In this document: piece by piece, positions 40,301 through 54,010 of the stretch
Layout of the letters: the number at the start of each line of letters is the position of its first letter
How positions within the stretch are numbered: position 1 is the stretch's first letter
Assembly: GCA_951406725.2 (NCBI GenBank)
Contig: OX597824.1
Coordinates: 39,432,001 to 39,496,000, forward strand
Source of the DNA: Octopus vulgaris
Lineage: Eukaryota
DNA: 64,000 nucleotides
Direction of reading: 5' to 3'
Notes under the pieces: model-generated
Database searches by the model: none
What the model saw: the letters and a program-made list of their open reading frames with translations, nothing else
Told to the model about the DNA's origin: nothing
Program-made: the position numbers and the translations under genes

Positions 40301-40699
40301 AGTTTTTCTTCCTAAAGCATAGAAACTAACTTAAATATGTAATATTTTGATATTTGTGTACGCTTGTATGTACACAAACACACACAAATGTATATATGTA
40401 AGTGTGTGTGACTTTGTGTGTGTGTGTGTGTGTGTGTACATATCTTATAGTACTATCAGCTCCAAGCAGTTTTTAGATATGAGCGAACTTTGGGTAAGTT
40501 AAAATATGTTTGTGGCATATTTCAGCTTCTAAACGCAAATTTACTACCGTTAACGTGGACAGATATGGTGTTTATATAACTGTTTAGAATAAGAGAATTT
40601 TTTTCTCCTTGGTAACTCTAGTGAATTTGCCTTTAGAATTTGATGTATGTCACAAACATATCTTAACTAATTTAAAGTTCGCTATATACATGCAGACAT

Positions 40700-40986
40700 G
40701 TATATAGTTGAAATTTAATAGAAAAACAAAAAAAAACAAGACTGGTGTATGAACAACAAGCAAGTGAATTAGTTTGACACTCAGGTAAATGAAAAAGTCT
40801 TTTACGTTCGACTCTACGCTCTTCAATAGACAGGAATGAGGAAATAAGCAGAAAGAAATTGAAAAAAAATTGTAGATTTCAGCGGTCCAGCATATATATA
40901 TATATATCTGTGTCTGTGTGTGTTTCTATATGTATGTATGTGTGTATGTATGTATCTAAGTATGTAGGTATGTATATGTATATATG

Positions 40987-41041
<55 letters not shown>

Positions 41042-41225
41042 AGAGTTTACGAAAAAAACAAAAGACGAAGACAGGTGGTATACAAAACAAATAGATGTAT
41101 TAGTATAACGCTCAGGAATAGAAAAAGTATTTTACATTTCGAGCCTTCGCTCTTCTACAGAAAGGGACACAGAAAAACAAGGAGAGAAAAAAGTGTGTAG
41201 TGGCTAATGATCAATCATGGCGACA
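40700..41225 (-). mobile_element. Two adjacent related pLTR-like repeats (40700-40880 and 41035-41225)
   Basis: Both read GAAAAACAAAA...CTCAGG...TTTTAC..TCGA..CGCTCTTC on plus. The minus strand gives GAAGAGCG..TCGAA, a hammerhead-like remnant. Confidence 0.55.
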
Positions 41226-41239
41226 TATATATATATATG

Positions 41240-41293
<54 letters not shown>

Positions 41294-41337
41294 TATGCAT
41301 TGGCTAACGATCAATCATGGGGACATATATACATATG

Positions 41338-41437
<100 letters not shown>

Positions 41438-43785
41438 TATAAATGTGTATATGTATGTGTGTTTGTGTATGCTTGATTACATCGGGTAATAAATATTCGT
41501 TCACGTCACACAGACACTGGCTCATCGATCATGCCATCTCCATGGAAATGAACCACTCATCAGCCAGGGAACATATAACCAATGACGATATTATGCAGAG
41601 ATATCGCGATATAAAATATTAAAATTGCATATGAGTATTTCCTGTACCTAAATACATACATATACATCGTCTGAATGTTTTAAATCTAATCTGTGCTAAA
41701 ACGGTTTTCAGTACTTCTGTCGTCGTAAAGCAGAGTGATCTGGCTTTTGATTTTGAAATTATGAACATAACTTATTAGGAAACCAAGGACGGGATATTCC
41801 GTACTTATACAAGTTATGTTGTCCGTCTTTCGTTATCCTTTCGTTATCCAGGAAATTTATCGATAATTTTGCTACTATTCAGGATAATTGACTTATTGCG
41901 TAATCTTCGTTTCGTTTGAGACTTTGTGTGGTTTAAAAAAGATGTGAAGCACGCACACACAAACACACACACACATACATATGTTTATATACACAGAAAC
42001 AAATATCGACAGATTGATAGACAGACATATAGACATACGGGTAGATAGATAGATAGATAGATAGATATAGAGAGAGAGAGAAAGAGAAAAGGAGAGAGAG
42101 AGATTCTTTACTAAGCGCAACTTCTACAACGTATTTTTTTCCTGGTTCTTAACCGAAGTCCTTTTGGACCTTTAAATTTTAGGTGAATAGATTATTTGTG
42201 TATGATGATATCTTAAATTAAATAGGAATATTTCTGAACGCCTTTGCTATCTCCAGCGCTTCTTTGATTGATTAAACACGTAGGATGTTACTCAGCATTT
42301 TTCCGAATGGTGTCAGGTTTGATAAGTGTGAACCCTTATAAATATATCTCTCGGTTTGGTGATAATTTGATTCATCATCCTATACAATATTCAAACATTC
42401 TAAGCAAAAACAAAAATACTTTGATGTGATTAAAATATTCTAATTCACAAGCCGTTATTTTCAGCACTTGTAATGGAAATACTGATAATGTACATTAGGA
42501 TAACAGTAATATTTTGATGTGACATTGGAATATCGCAACTCAAACTCTTTTATACTTAGTTATTGAAAAGTATATAGAATGTGAATTTAGACATAAATAC
42601 AGGTGTAGATTCATATGGTAACCCTAATATTATGGTCAAAAAGTGATGGAAATTGCTGACCACATCGGCACTATAAAAGTACAAGATTATATTCTACATT
42701 TGGCAATCATATATATCATTCGTAAAACTGCCTGTTATTTACTACACGAACACCTGGATTTTTACAGGTCAAAATTCTGATAATTCAAAACAATTTCATA
42801 TAGTTCTCCTGTAATCGATAGCCGAGTTTGAAGCGCTAAATCCTAACGATTAGTACTCTTTACTCATAACATTGCATTTTACTGTGACTTGCAATATTAC
42901 TAATTATCGTTAGGCGTATATGTAATAGAAAACGATACCAAAATCTATAGGAATAATTATAAAAATTTCTGATGATAATGTCAACGTAAACATAGATTCC
43001 AAATATTACCGATGCCAACAGCATGTAAGACTAATATTGCGAGTTTAAAGTAATATTTTAGAACATCCGATACCAACTGAAAATACTTTAATACTTACCT
43101 CTTATACATTACGTTTTAAATCTTGTTTAGTTTTGCTGAGATAAGTGTTTAAGTGTTGGCCAAAGTTTATAAATGGATTCCTTTTATATAGCTATGAAGG
43201 GATGGATGAACTCATTAAAGCCAACATTTATCATATACTGTGTACACAAGCTTTGTCCTGCTATTTCTCATGGACAGCGGTAGTTCCTGTAGCAATCATC
43301 GACAAACTAGTGACTCTGGTGCATAAAACGCAGTGTCTGCTCAGGAAATTGACACGTTTTTCGTAACAGACTGGCACAACATGTTTGAGAGCAGAGAATC
43401 AAGAGAATTGGAACGTTGGTATGGTTTACCACATTACTGGGAGTGAGTGACCTTGTCTAGGAGAAGGAAAACTGACGTAAAGTCTGCGACTCGATGACAG
43501 CCACTGATGTGTACTTCTTTTTGCGGTATCTGTCATCATTGTTCACAGGGTGGGATTGGTTTTGTGTAAGGGGTCTCACCTCACATTCAACAGCATCTGA
43601 CACAGATATGATCGATTTGATTGACATACCGTCGTCGTGAGTTCATACCCGAAAACAACGTAACGGCAACCTTGTATATATGTGTGTGTATGTGTGTGTG
43701 TGTATGCATGTATGTATATATTTATTTCTCTGTATGTATATATATATGCATATATATGCATATATATATATATTTATATTTATAT

Positions 43786-43840
<55 letters not shown>

Positions 43841-43844
43841 GCTC

Positions 43845-43882
<38 letters not shown>

Positions 43883-43928
43883 CTTGTTTGCTTATCATCT
43901 GACAATTTTAAGTCTGCCTACTCATTTT

Positions 43929-44004
<76 letters not shown>

Positions 44005-44234
44005 TATACATTAAAACTCAAGGTTTTATCTGTTTATTTGAATCATTGTCTCCATATCTGGTATCTGCTCACTTGGATTCCCTTTATATCCAATTTTTAC
44101 CGCGATGAATTGATCCTTAGTAAAGATATCGCAGTGTAAGTTCAAATCATTTGAGCGCTAAGTGTTTTCTATATCGGGATCCTCATCATCTTATTAGTTC
44201 AAACTCTCTCCCTCTTTCTCTCTCTCTCTCTCTG

Positions 44235-44279
<45 letters not shown>

Positions 44280-44526
44280 TGGGATATATATATATATAGA
44301 GAGAGAGAGAGGGGTAGATAGACAGACAAACAGACAGAATATAGATAGATAGGTAGATAGATGATATGTAGGTAGTTTCTAGCCACAGGTATCCAAATCT
44401 GCTACACACACAGTGGTTCGAAAACATATTACATGCACTTGTTTGATGACGAAGGGTCTGCTCTTGCGGTCCAATTATATTGTTTAATTACCCCACCCCT
44501 TTAATTCTCAACTTTCTCTTCAAAAT

Positions 44527-44720
44527 ACAGCTTTAAAAAATAAACTTCGTTGTCCTATTGCTCTCTCTCTCTCTACTGTATATTTACTGGCTTCATACGT
44601 TGCTCACTGCAAGTTTATATATATATAATGTATATATGTATGTATGTGTGTGTGTACGCACGAGTAGGTTTGTGCATGTGCTTTTGTGTGTGTTGTTTGT
44701 GTGCGCGTGTGCGTCCGAAC

Positions 44721-44767
<47 letters not shown>

Positions 44768-44916
44768 CATATGTTCGGACGCACACGCGCACACAAACAA
44801 CACACACAAAAGCACATGCACAAACCTACTCGTGCGTACACACACACATACATACATACATATATACATTATATATATATAAACTTGCAGTGAGCAAGTT
44901 TATTTTTTAAAGCTGT
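44527..44916. repeat. Near-perfect fold-back palindrome centred on (AT)n
   Basis: 44600-44897 is self-complementary. Outer arms at 44527-44547 and 44896-44916. Confidence 0.95.
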
Positions 44917-44919
44917 GAG

Positions 44920-45801
44920 TACTATTTCTAATGAGTTCAGTATGTGGCAAAGTAATTTATTTTACTAAGCCCTTTTATATAATGTAATAATTTGAATTCG
45001 CCTTAAATGGTCCCTTTGCATACTGAATACTTGGTGAAATTGATTAATAATTAATTAATTTTACCCTCAATTGTTGAAATTATAATTCATCTCTCTCTAT
45101 TAAATGCTTCGGATTTTACCGAAAAAGCATAGTGTTTACTGATTTTAACCCACGCTGGTGGAAAGGGGAGAGCAGAAATTCTTCGCTTGCATATTTTGAG
45201 TTTGCTGGCACTGTTAGTTTCGAGCAGATCTTCAGAAGCGATAAGAAGCTGAAAGGGTATGCTCCCACTTTCAGTGTTTTCAAATCCAAACCAAGGAGTT
45301 CTGAGCTGATGATAGAAATGTCGAGTTGACTAATCTAGAAACGTACGTTCTCAAATAACCTTTGCATTTGATTTTTTAATGTCTTTACCCCCATACTTTC
45401 GTGAGTTGAATTGAGCAAACACTATATGAGAGAGATTTTCTTTAAGTATTAGAAATAGTTTTATAAAAGTTTTTTTAGCTACTATTTCTAATGAGTTCAG
45501 TATGTGGCAAAGTAATTTATTTTACTAAGCCCTTTTATATAATGTAATAATTTGAATTCGCCTTAAATGGTCCCTTTGCATACTGAATACTTGGTGAAAT
45601 TGATTAATAATTAATTAATTTTACCCTCAATTGTTGAAATTATAATTCATCTCTCTCTATTAAATGTTTCGGATTTTACCGAAAAAGCATAGTGTTTACT
45701 GATTTTAACCCACGCTGGTGGAAAGTTTTTTTAGCTACTATTTCTAATGAGTTCAGTATGTGGCAAAGTAATTTATTTTACTAAGCCCTTTTATATAATG
45801 T
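44920..45801 (+). repeat. Direct duplication of 246 bp plus a partial third copy
   Basis: 44920-45165 matches 45480-45725 (one mismatch seen). Partial copy at 45722-45801. Confidence 0.95.
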
Positions 45802-46065
45802 TATAATATATATATATACATGTATATATATGTACATATGTATATATAGATAGATAGAGAGATATATACGTCTTAGATAGGAAGATAGATACATAAATAT
45901 ACGCATACATCGCATAAATATATTGAGAGAGAGAGAAAGAGAGAGCGAAAGAGTGGGAGTAGCGAGGGAGAGTAGAAAGAGATGGTTGAGAAAAGAGAAA
46001 TCCTGTTTATTTAGATCAAGTTGTTATATGTTTTTGATTCTGCATTTTTGCCTATTTTTTTTCAG

Positions 46066-46169
46066 ACTTTAGTTGTTTACTTGTTATGTTTACTCAACCT
46101 CAATATTCACTTTGATCAATCAGCAGCAACGTTCTCTACGGTTCCATTACATCGGCTCTTGTTTATAGT
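46066..46169 (+). CDS. Candidate exon with a signal-peptide-like hydrophobic stretch
   Basis: Strong acceptor (TTTTTTTTCAG), GTAAGA donor, open frame TLVVYLLCLLNLNIHFDQSAATFSTVPLHRLLFI. Confidence 0.3.
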
Positions 46170-46719
46170 GTAAGAGGAGATGTCCAACTGTAATTAAAAA
46201 GCTATAACATACAGCAACAATTACTTATTAATAAATAAAGTCTAGGAAAAAGAAAAAAAAGAGACAGAAATTGAGAGTGAGCGAGGTTGTATGCGTGAGA
46301 GGGAGAGAGTGTGTATGTGTGTGTGAGAGAGAACGTGCGTGGATAAGTGTTTGTGTGCGTGTATGTATGTGTATGTAAAAGAGAGAAGGCGTGTGAGTAG
46401 GAAATAAGTATAATGAAAGAGATCGTGAGTGATGGAGTGTAACGGAAATATTTAAAAAATCAAGAGAATTACAAGAGGAGAACATATGGTGTGTAAGGAA
46501 CATGAGTAGGCATAAAAAAAGAAATTAGAAAATGAAAATTTACAAAAGAAGAAGAAAGTGAAAGTAGAAGGAAATGATAAATAAAACAAAGAAAATGGTG
46601 TGGCGGGGAAAAGCCGAAGCAGAAATGAAGAGAACAAAGAGAAACAATGAGGAAAGACGGGGTAAAGAAGGTGGAAATCCTAATGGAGCCTGAAAAACGA
46701 TTATGAGAGAACGATGAAA

Positions 46720-46766
46720 AAGGCGGCATTGGCAGCGAACTTGGCACGCTAGAGAATATGCTATAC
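46720..46766 (+). mobile_element. Diverged SINE family A head, probably the 5' half of the SINE split by the Tx1 element
   Basis: AAGGCGGCATTGGCAGCGAACTTGGCACGCTAGAGAATATGCT compared with the head at 27144, AAGGCGGCGAACTAGCAGAAACGTTAGCACGCCGGACGAAATGCG. Confidence 0.55.
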
Positions 46767-46769
46767 ATT

Positions 46770-49202
46770 AATTGGATTAACAAATCGATATCCGGAAGAA
46801 GCCGGAAACGAATCGGTCACTCGGAGGTGGTTTTGAAAGACGACATGCAGCTGAAGCACACATACGCATGCGCCTTTCTTTACTGAGGATGGTAATATAC
46901 GCAGCTACTGGCGCCAAGAACGGGGGTACCTGAAAAACGTCCCATAACTGCTACGGCTAATGCTGTGGTGTTACTGAAGTTAGGCAGATAGCAGCGGATT
47001 CTCATTTAGAGAATGTCTTTTCTCTTTTTCTGCTCTTATTGTCTTAGTGTGGATCGGTGCTCGCAGTGCGTTTGCTCTTCAGGTGTTTGTGAAGAATAGT
47101 TAACATCGAGGACTTTCTTGCCGAGCTACCACGCCTCTCGGGGTCGGATGCGGAGGCTTGCGAGGAGCCGATCACGCCTGGGGAGGTGACGGAGGCTAAG
47201 TCTGACTGTAAAGCGGGTAAGTCACTGGTACTTGATGGTCTTCCTTACGCGCTATATAAATGTATGCCAGACTTGTTCGGGCACCTACTGGCTAGCGTGT
47301 ACGCGAACTGTCAACAGAATGGGTTTATCCCCAGATCTGTGCACCGAGGAGTGGTGACGTCGATCAAAAAGGACCCGGACAAGGGGGACGTTATAGAGAA
47401 TTTCTGGCCCATCACTCTGTTAAACATAGCAGTGAAGATTTTGGCCAATGTTTTAGCAAAAAGGTTGGCGCATGTCGCGAATGGTATAGTCGGGGAAGCA
47501 TAGACATGTGCCATCCCAGGTAGAACCATTCAGGATAATCTCTATCTTATTTGCTATACCATAGAGAGGGTTCATGATAACAGTAGCAATGGTGGGGCAT
47601 TGGTGCATTTAGAGTAAAACTTTTTATAGGATCGACCATCAATACCTGGCGACTGTGCTTGCGCGGTTTGGTCTGGGCCTTGGCTTCCTCATGTGGTTCA
47701 TCGCTCTGTATCACAACATTGACTCGATAGTTCGGGTGAATGGTTTCCTTTAGAAGCCGTTCTGCATCAGACGCTCGGTTCGTCAAGGATATCCGTCCGG
47801 GAAAAGTCGGTCGGCTTGCAACTCGGCACCTGGGTTGGAAAATCGATGCCTCCAGACAGCGTTGTTGGGCGCTGGACGGAGGGTCCGGTTAAATTGCTCG
47901 GAGTTTGGTTTGGACTAGGACTCGAGATAGAGAAGAACTGGGCGGAGGTTTCGAGCAGGGTGGCTGCAATAGTCAAGACCTGGTCTTGGCGGTGGCTATC
48001 CCTGAAACGGAGGGCGGAGGTGGCCAATGTGTTTATTGCATCGGTGATAACCTACCGCGTGGCTGTTGGGCCCTGTCTGGATTCGTGGGTGATCAGGTTG
48101 GAAAGGCAGCTCTTTCGCTTTTTGTGAGGGGGCAAGTCGCCACTTGTGAAACGCTCTATCTGTTGTCAGGAGCCGTTAAAGGGAGATTTAGGGATGCCTT
48201 GGTTAATGATGCGTAGACATGCGTTGAGGTTGAGGTACCTCTAGATTCTCCTTGATAGTGAAGGGGTGTGGTCTCCGCTAGCCAGACAAATGTTCCCCAA
48301 GTTCAAAAGTTTTTGCGAACAGGAAGTCGGGTGTTCTCGTAGACTACATCGGGTAAGTCGTATATGGAGTGTCGTAAGGCCCTCCTGCTATTCCGGCGCA
48401 ACGCCAGCGGTGGGAGCTCTACATGTTTATTATATAGTGGGTTGCTAGAGTCTGGATGTGACGATGGCCTGGGAGTCTGTTCCACCGTACGTTCGTTTGA
48501 GAACGTTGGCGAATTTCCAAAAGTCCTTGACCTGGCAATGTTATAGGGGCACCTTGCCCGTTTGGGATAAGCTCGCAAGACATGGGAAGTCTCACTGTCC
48601 GACCTGTCCAAGATGCGGGGTGATAGGGAAACCGTTCCTCACGCTATTGCCCAATGCCCGGAGGTGTCTGAAATGTGGGTTTATGCTGAACACCTGTTGC
48701 CCGGCGAGGAAAGAGTACAGCTGTCGACTGGGTCAATTATAAAAATTGATCCATCGGAATTTTTAACAAATGAAGGTAAGAATTGTTTTCTCACTGTTGT
48801 TGCAATAGCGAAAGAAGCAGTGTGGAAGACTAGGATAAAAGCGATTAAGCCGGTTAACTTTATCTCCGCCACGAGGTAAGTTCATTTTTCACTTTTCACT
48901 TGAAAAGGAAAATATGGCTGGAGAAAAGGTACCTGTCGGAGAGTGCTGTGCATGCAAAGAACCATGTGAACAGGCTATGGAAGAAAAACAAAAGTTGAAA
49001 GAAGTACCAGCGACCGATCGGGGCTTATGGGGTGGGAGCGTGGCCTGATCATCGCTACATTTGTGTCATATTTGTATAGTATATTTCATTCGATTCTTAT
49101 ATATTTTATATAATTTTTATATTCATATTTATGTAATATCATAACGTGTTACTGACCCCAATCAGTTGTTTTGTCTCATTCTTTGTGGGTAATAAAGAAA
49201 TT
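46770..49202 (+). mobile_element. Tx1-clade (L1 group) LINE, internally deleted and decayed
   Basis: GKS..LDGLPYALY, ENFWPITLLNIAVKILA, AIPGRTIQDN, SVRQG, VKLLGVWFG, and zinc finger CPRC..ETVPHAIAQCP. 3' tail TTGTGGGTAATAAAGAAAT. Confidence 0.9.
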
Positions 49203-49360
49203 GGTATTTCGTCTGTCTTTACGTTCTGAGTTAAAATTGCGCCGAGGTCGAATTTTCCTTTCATCTTTTCTGGGTCGATAAACTAAGTACCAGTTGTGTA
49301 CTGGAGTCGATTTAATCGACTGGCACCTTCCCCCAAAATTTCGGGCCTAGAATAGAATAT
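49203..49360 (+). mobile_element. SINE family A 3' portion beginning at GGTATTTCGTC
   Basis: B-box, core and ordinary tail, with no head. Directly abuts the Tx1 tail. Confidence 0.85.
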
Positions 49361-50489
49361 AGGCTCATTTCGCGTTTTCTTCTAAAAAAAACTAAAGCTA
49401 TCTTTCGACAATTTAAATCCAGATTACAACTTATTTGATAAAATGGTTTTGAATTTATTTCTGCATAAACTGAAATATTATTTTCTTATACATGGTGCGG
49501 TAAAAACCTCCCATGTTTTGCAGGTTGACAAAAGGTTCGAAGCAAATGCATAGTGTATACCGCTTCAAACGATGGCAATAACAAAAAACAAAACGACAAT
49601 AAAATAATGGTTATATCAAGACACAGTGAATACCTACCAGGATAATAAGCATCGAAAGAACAAGTGCAGGAAGCCGTTTTTTGAACGGTGCATATATTTG
49701 CTAACTGCAAAGTAGATACCGAAAACGTTCGTTTTAATAGCCATGAGGCCTAGAGGATTTCTGCTTTACTTGAAATATTACAAAAGATGCTCCGTGTGTC
49801 ATACTATTTTGATATTTCTTCAGAAATCGATGTAGTGCTACGGATTCTCCATTCAGTCGTCCCTGTCTATTATAATTATTCTTACTGTAGGTTTATTCAT
49901 TCCCAAGTCTTAGTAAAGCTTTGCAGTCATTCATATACTATAACACCCAGTTGTTAATCCTCACAGTCGAACACTTTTCTTTCTTTCACTCAATAATTGT
50001 TCTTGTCTGGCTTTCTTTTAAACATATTCAATGAGTCTGAATTGCTTGTTATATTCTGATGAAGGATACATTTAAGACACTCCAGTTTAACCGTTCGCCA
50101 AATTTTAAGATTTTCTCATTAAGCTCATTAACGGAAGTATATAAAAACTTTCTGTACGATCCCTAATAACAGCTGTCCAGAAGTACGACTACTGAAAATT
50201 GACACAATTCGCGATTTACCCAGACGACATGGAAATTTGTAGTAAAGACGTACACATTCCCAAATAGGATAGATAGCATAAAATTGTACTTATATATATA
50301 TTAATGTTACGTATATTTAACGGGCATATTTTTTTATATTATTATTTGTTTTCCCCCACCACACACACTCAGACACGCGTGCGGGCGCGTGCATATATGT
50401 TTCTTCTTCAATAGCTATTCGGAGAAGAAATACTTAATATAAACATAGACCGCAGTGGTTCATTAGGAGTGGTGGACTGTTCTACATAA

Positions 50490-50642
50490 CCATATATATA
50501 CATACATACATACATACATACATACATGCATACATACATACATACATACATACATACATACATACATACATACATACATACATACATACATACATACATA
50601 CATACATACATACATACATGCATACATACATACATACATACA
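50490..50642. repeat. (CATA)n microsatellite
   Basis: Read directly from the sequence. Confidence 0.95.
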
Positions 50643-52306
50643 TTCGTACATATCAAGCATTTTGTTCGAACTAATTATGTCATGTTTTAACTAATCATTA
50701 TATTTGCGCATATACATTTCTTCTTATCCTCATTAAATATTAAATCTTTACTTTTCCACTTACAATATTTGTCCAATAATTATGACTCTTTACAATCAAC
50801 AAATGCGTTTCTTTAAAATGTACTCCTGATTCTCTTTATATATCTTCAGTTATTTACGCCATTCGTACTCTACGACTATGTGAAGTGAGACGGAAAGCTG
50901 CCAGGCTTTTTTTTTTTTTTTTTTTGACAACTTATTCATCTCAGCTTTATCTGTATTTACCATTCCTCATATTGTTAGCTCAACCCCATTTCTCCCCACC
51001 TATCTTACCCTGACTACTCATCTCAACCCCACAGGCACGTCGTCTGAACGTCCCCAAGCCCCTCTCAAATTTAGTTTTTTCTATTACACTCAACCATATT
51101 CTGATAGTCTGACCGAAGTAACAACATCCACCCTCATCGCTTCACAACTATACGACGTTTTCTCACTTCCACACCATACCCTTTAGTATCCCCTGCCACG
51201 ACTTATATAAGCACGGCCCATCTTTCTATATATTTTTCTCTATTTGTAGACCTTAAGTTAATCTACGTCTCTTCATTTCTGTTTCCTTATACATATCTTG
51301 TAGTTTCCGACCTTGATTAAACTGCCCCGCTTCACTTATGTTCACTTTTAATCCTCATATATTCTTAATCCTTATATATCCTCATATATCCTTAATCCAT
51401 ATATCATTTTAATCATTATATCATCAAAGTGTTTCATTATATTTTCCCTCCGTAAACAAAATACATTGTCACTAAAATGTTAGATGCAGGCACCATGCAG
51501 AGAACTGCACACAAATTAAACCAGTATTCTTGAAACAGATGTAAGGTATAATCAATAAGCCCACTTTTTTTTTTGTTCTTCAGATTACAAGATTTCATCT
51601 GAGGTGAGCTACTTCTACCTACCAAACTATAACAATACTACGAGCTTATACCTCTTCCCGGAGCCTACGATCGTACATAGCAACTATTATGAACATTCTG
51701 AGGTGGAACTTTTACTCACACCATGTGATTCCTAAGGCTTGCATTAAGCATACTCTTAAAATTTCATCAGTGCTTTCATATGTAATATCTATTTATGTTT
51801 TATTTTGTTTTTAAATATCATCATAGTAAATCTTTATTCTCACTAACCTCTGTTAACATACGTAAGCTTCCAATATTTTCTCTGTTGTTTTTTTTAAAAT
51901 TCTATATGCCAAAAAGAAAAACTATCAAACATACGGGCCTTCATGTAAGATGAGTGCATTGGCTATCTTGATTATGTTGAATGGTGTGGTGTTCTTGGCG
52001 GTAGTGGTAGTGCTACGTGTTATTGTTGTAGTTATGGTGATGGTAACTGTGATGATTGTGTTGGCTGCTCTAGCTTTGCTGTTTTTGGTGGTAGCAGCGG
52101 TGATGGTGGTGACGGCGGCGGGGGCGGTGGTGGTGGGATCGGTGGTGGGAGCGACGGTGGCGGCGGTGGTGGAGGTGGTGGTTTTGGTGGTGGCTTGATT
52201 GTGTGAGTGCATAGTGCATTCTCAATTTATTCTCAAAAGCCATGGTTTGACAAATACGCAAAATCCGATATTCTCCTCTCTTCTTGTTTTTTTTTTGTTT
52301 TCTTAG

Positions 52307-52344
52307 CTTCTACATGCCACAATAACAAACATACGGGCTTTCGT
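52307..52344 (+). CDS. Candidate 38-nt micro-exon
   Basis: Long polypyrimidine tract with TTAG acceptor and GTAAGT donor. Two of three frames are open. Confidence 0.35.
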
Positions 52345-52969
52345 GTAAGTTTTCAATCATTATCATTATAATTTTATCCGTTGAAGAAAATTCTGCTGAG
52401 TTAAAATACCAAGATGTTTTTAAATACAGCTAAGAACTTTTTTCGAGTAAACAACCAATTTCCAGTTACTTCCCACTATCATCACCATCATCAAACTCCA
52501 CGTTATCAGTGATGGCGACTGATAATTGGTATGTATACGTGTTTCATCTAATGTATCGTCATTTCACATTTAATTATAGTGGTGATAGAAGAGAAGTAAA
52601 AGTGGACGTGGAATGGATACAGATACGTTCGTATTGGTAGTAACAACTATGTTTTATATGAATATATTACGGTTTTGTTTTCTTATATTGACCTTCAGTG
52701 ATAATTTCAATTTTCTAAAATAATGATTGATGGTGATGAGATTGAATGGTTGTTGTTCTGGGGATACTGACAGTATGGTCATAATGATGGCTAGAGCGGT
52801 TGAACAAGAGCAACAGTGGATTGTATAGCATCGTCTTGCTTTAAAATTTGCATTCTCGTCATCTTTGCAGATTGGGGTACTAACCTGACCACATAACATT
52901 ACATTTAATTATTTCAACTGGTAGTAACATTACATTTATGCATATAACTGCTTCTCGCGCCTACTTTGT

Positions 52970-53200
52970 AATCCAATTATACTGTCGCTCCTTCCTGTGT
53001 GAACTGTTTAAAAAATAAATATCTAATTGTACAACTACCTTGAAATAAAGATGAATTACTAGGAGATGAACAAAACTGCAGGAAAGGATCACGAGAAACA
53101 AAGGATGAATTGCCGATGGATTAGATAATTTTGAGGGACTTACATTGACTTTAAGAAAGCATACAATATCGTGTATACTCGTGCATTCTTACAAATAGAT
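52970..53200 (+). mobile_element. Decayed R4/Dong-like RT fragment
   Basis: DEQ..RKGSRETKDEL and IDFKKAYNIV. Similar to 60880-61050. Confidence 0.6.
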
Positions 53201-53244
53201 CTTTAAATATTACTGGAAGTTATCGTTCCTATCCTTATACACAT

Positions 53245-53713
53245 AGGAGTGGGGGTGGTAAGTGGATTGCTTACCAACCAGATGGTTCTGGGTTCAGTCC
53301 CACTGCGTGGCACCTTGAGCAAGTGTCGTCTATTATAGCCTCGGGCCGACCAAAGCCTTCTGAGTGGATTTGGCAGACGCAAACTGAAAGAAGCCCAGCA
53401 TATATATGTATGTATATATGTATGTGTATGTATATCTTTGTGTGTCTGTGTTTGAAATTTCGGCCACTGGTCATTTAGTCAACGAATCTAGTCAACACAC
53501 AAGACAGCTTGGACACAGTTGAGACTCGTAAGAAACAATTATGAACTTTTTTATTACACTTAACTTCTAAAAATATTTTTGATAAGGCTCGTTTTTTCAA
53601 GAAGAACCGAAACATGTAAAATTTCTAAGAAAATTAAAATTTATCTTATATAGTGGCGTTTTCAAACTTGTTTTTTATAAATATATACCCACTCGTATAC
53701 CACCTACACTTAT

Positions 53714-53790
<77 letters not shown>

Positions 53791-54010
53791 GTGTGTATAT
53801 GTTTGTGTGTCGGTGTCCCCCCCCAACATCGCTTGACAACCGATGCTGATGTCTTTACATCCCCGTAACTAGCGGTTCGGCAAAAGAGACCGATAGAATA
53901 AGTCCTAGGCTTACAAAGAATAAGTCCTGGGGTCGATTTGCTCGACTAAAGGCGGTACTCCAGCATGGCCGCAGTCAAATGAATAACAGGACAATGAATA
54001 ATAAGAATAA
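53245..54010 (+). mobile_element. SINE family B head (53245-53455) and tail (about 53790-54010), separated by other sequence
   Basis: GGTTCAGTCCCACTGCGTGGCACCTTGAGCAAGTG core and CCAGCATGGCCGCAGTCAAATGA tail. Confidence 0.85.

Noticed and set aside
45200-45245. CTGAAGA...GAAAC on the minus strand, a hammerhead look-alike
   Set aside because: No pairing for stem I or stem II, and the cleavage triplet would be GUG.
51925-52212. Mucin-like Thr/Ala-rich ORF (also 56398-56724)
   Set aside because: Degenerate (GGT/ACC)n low-complexity sequence, open in several frames, with no splice or homology support.
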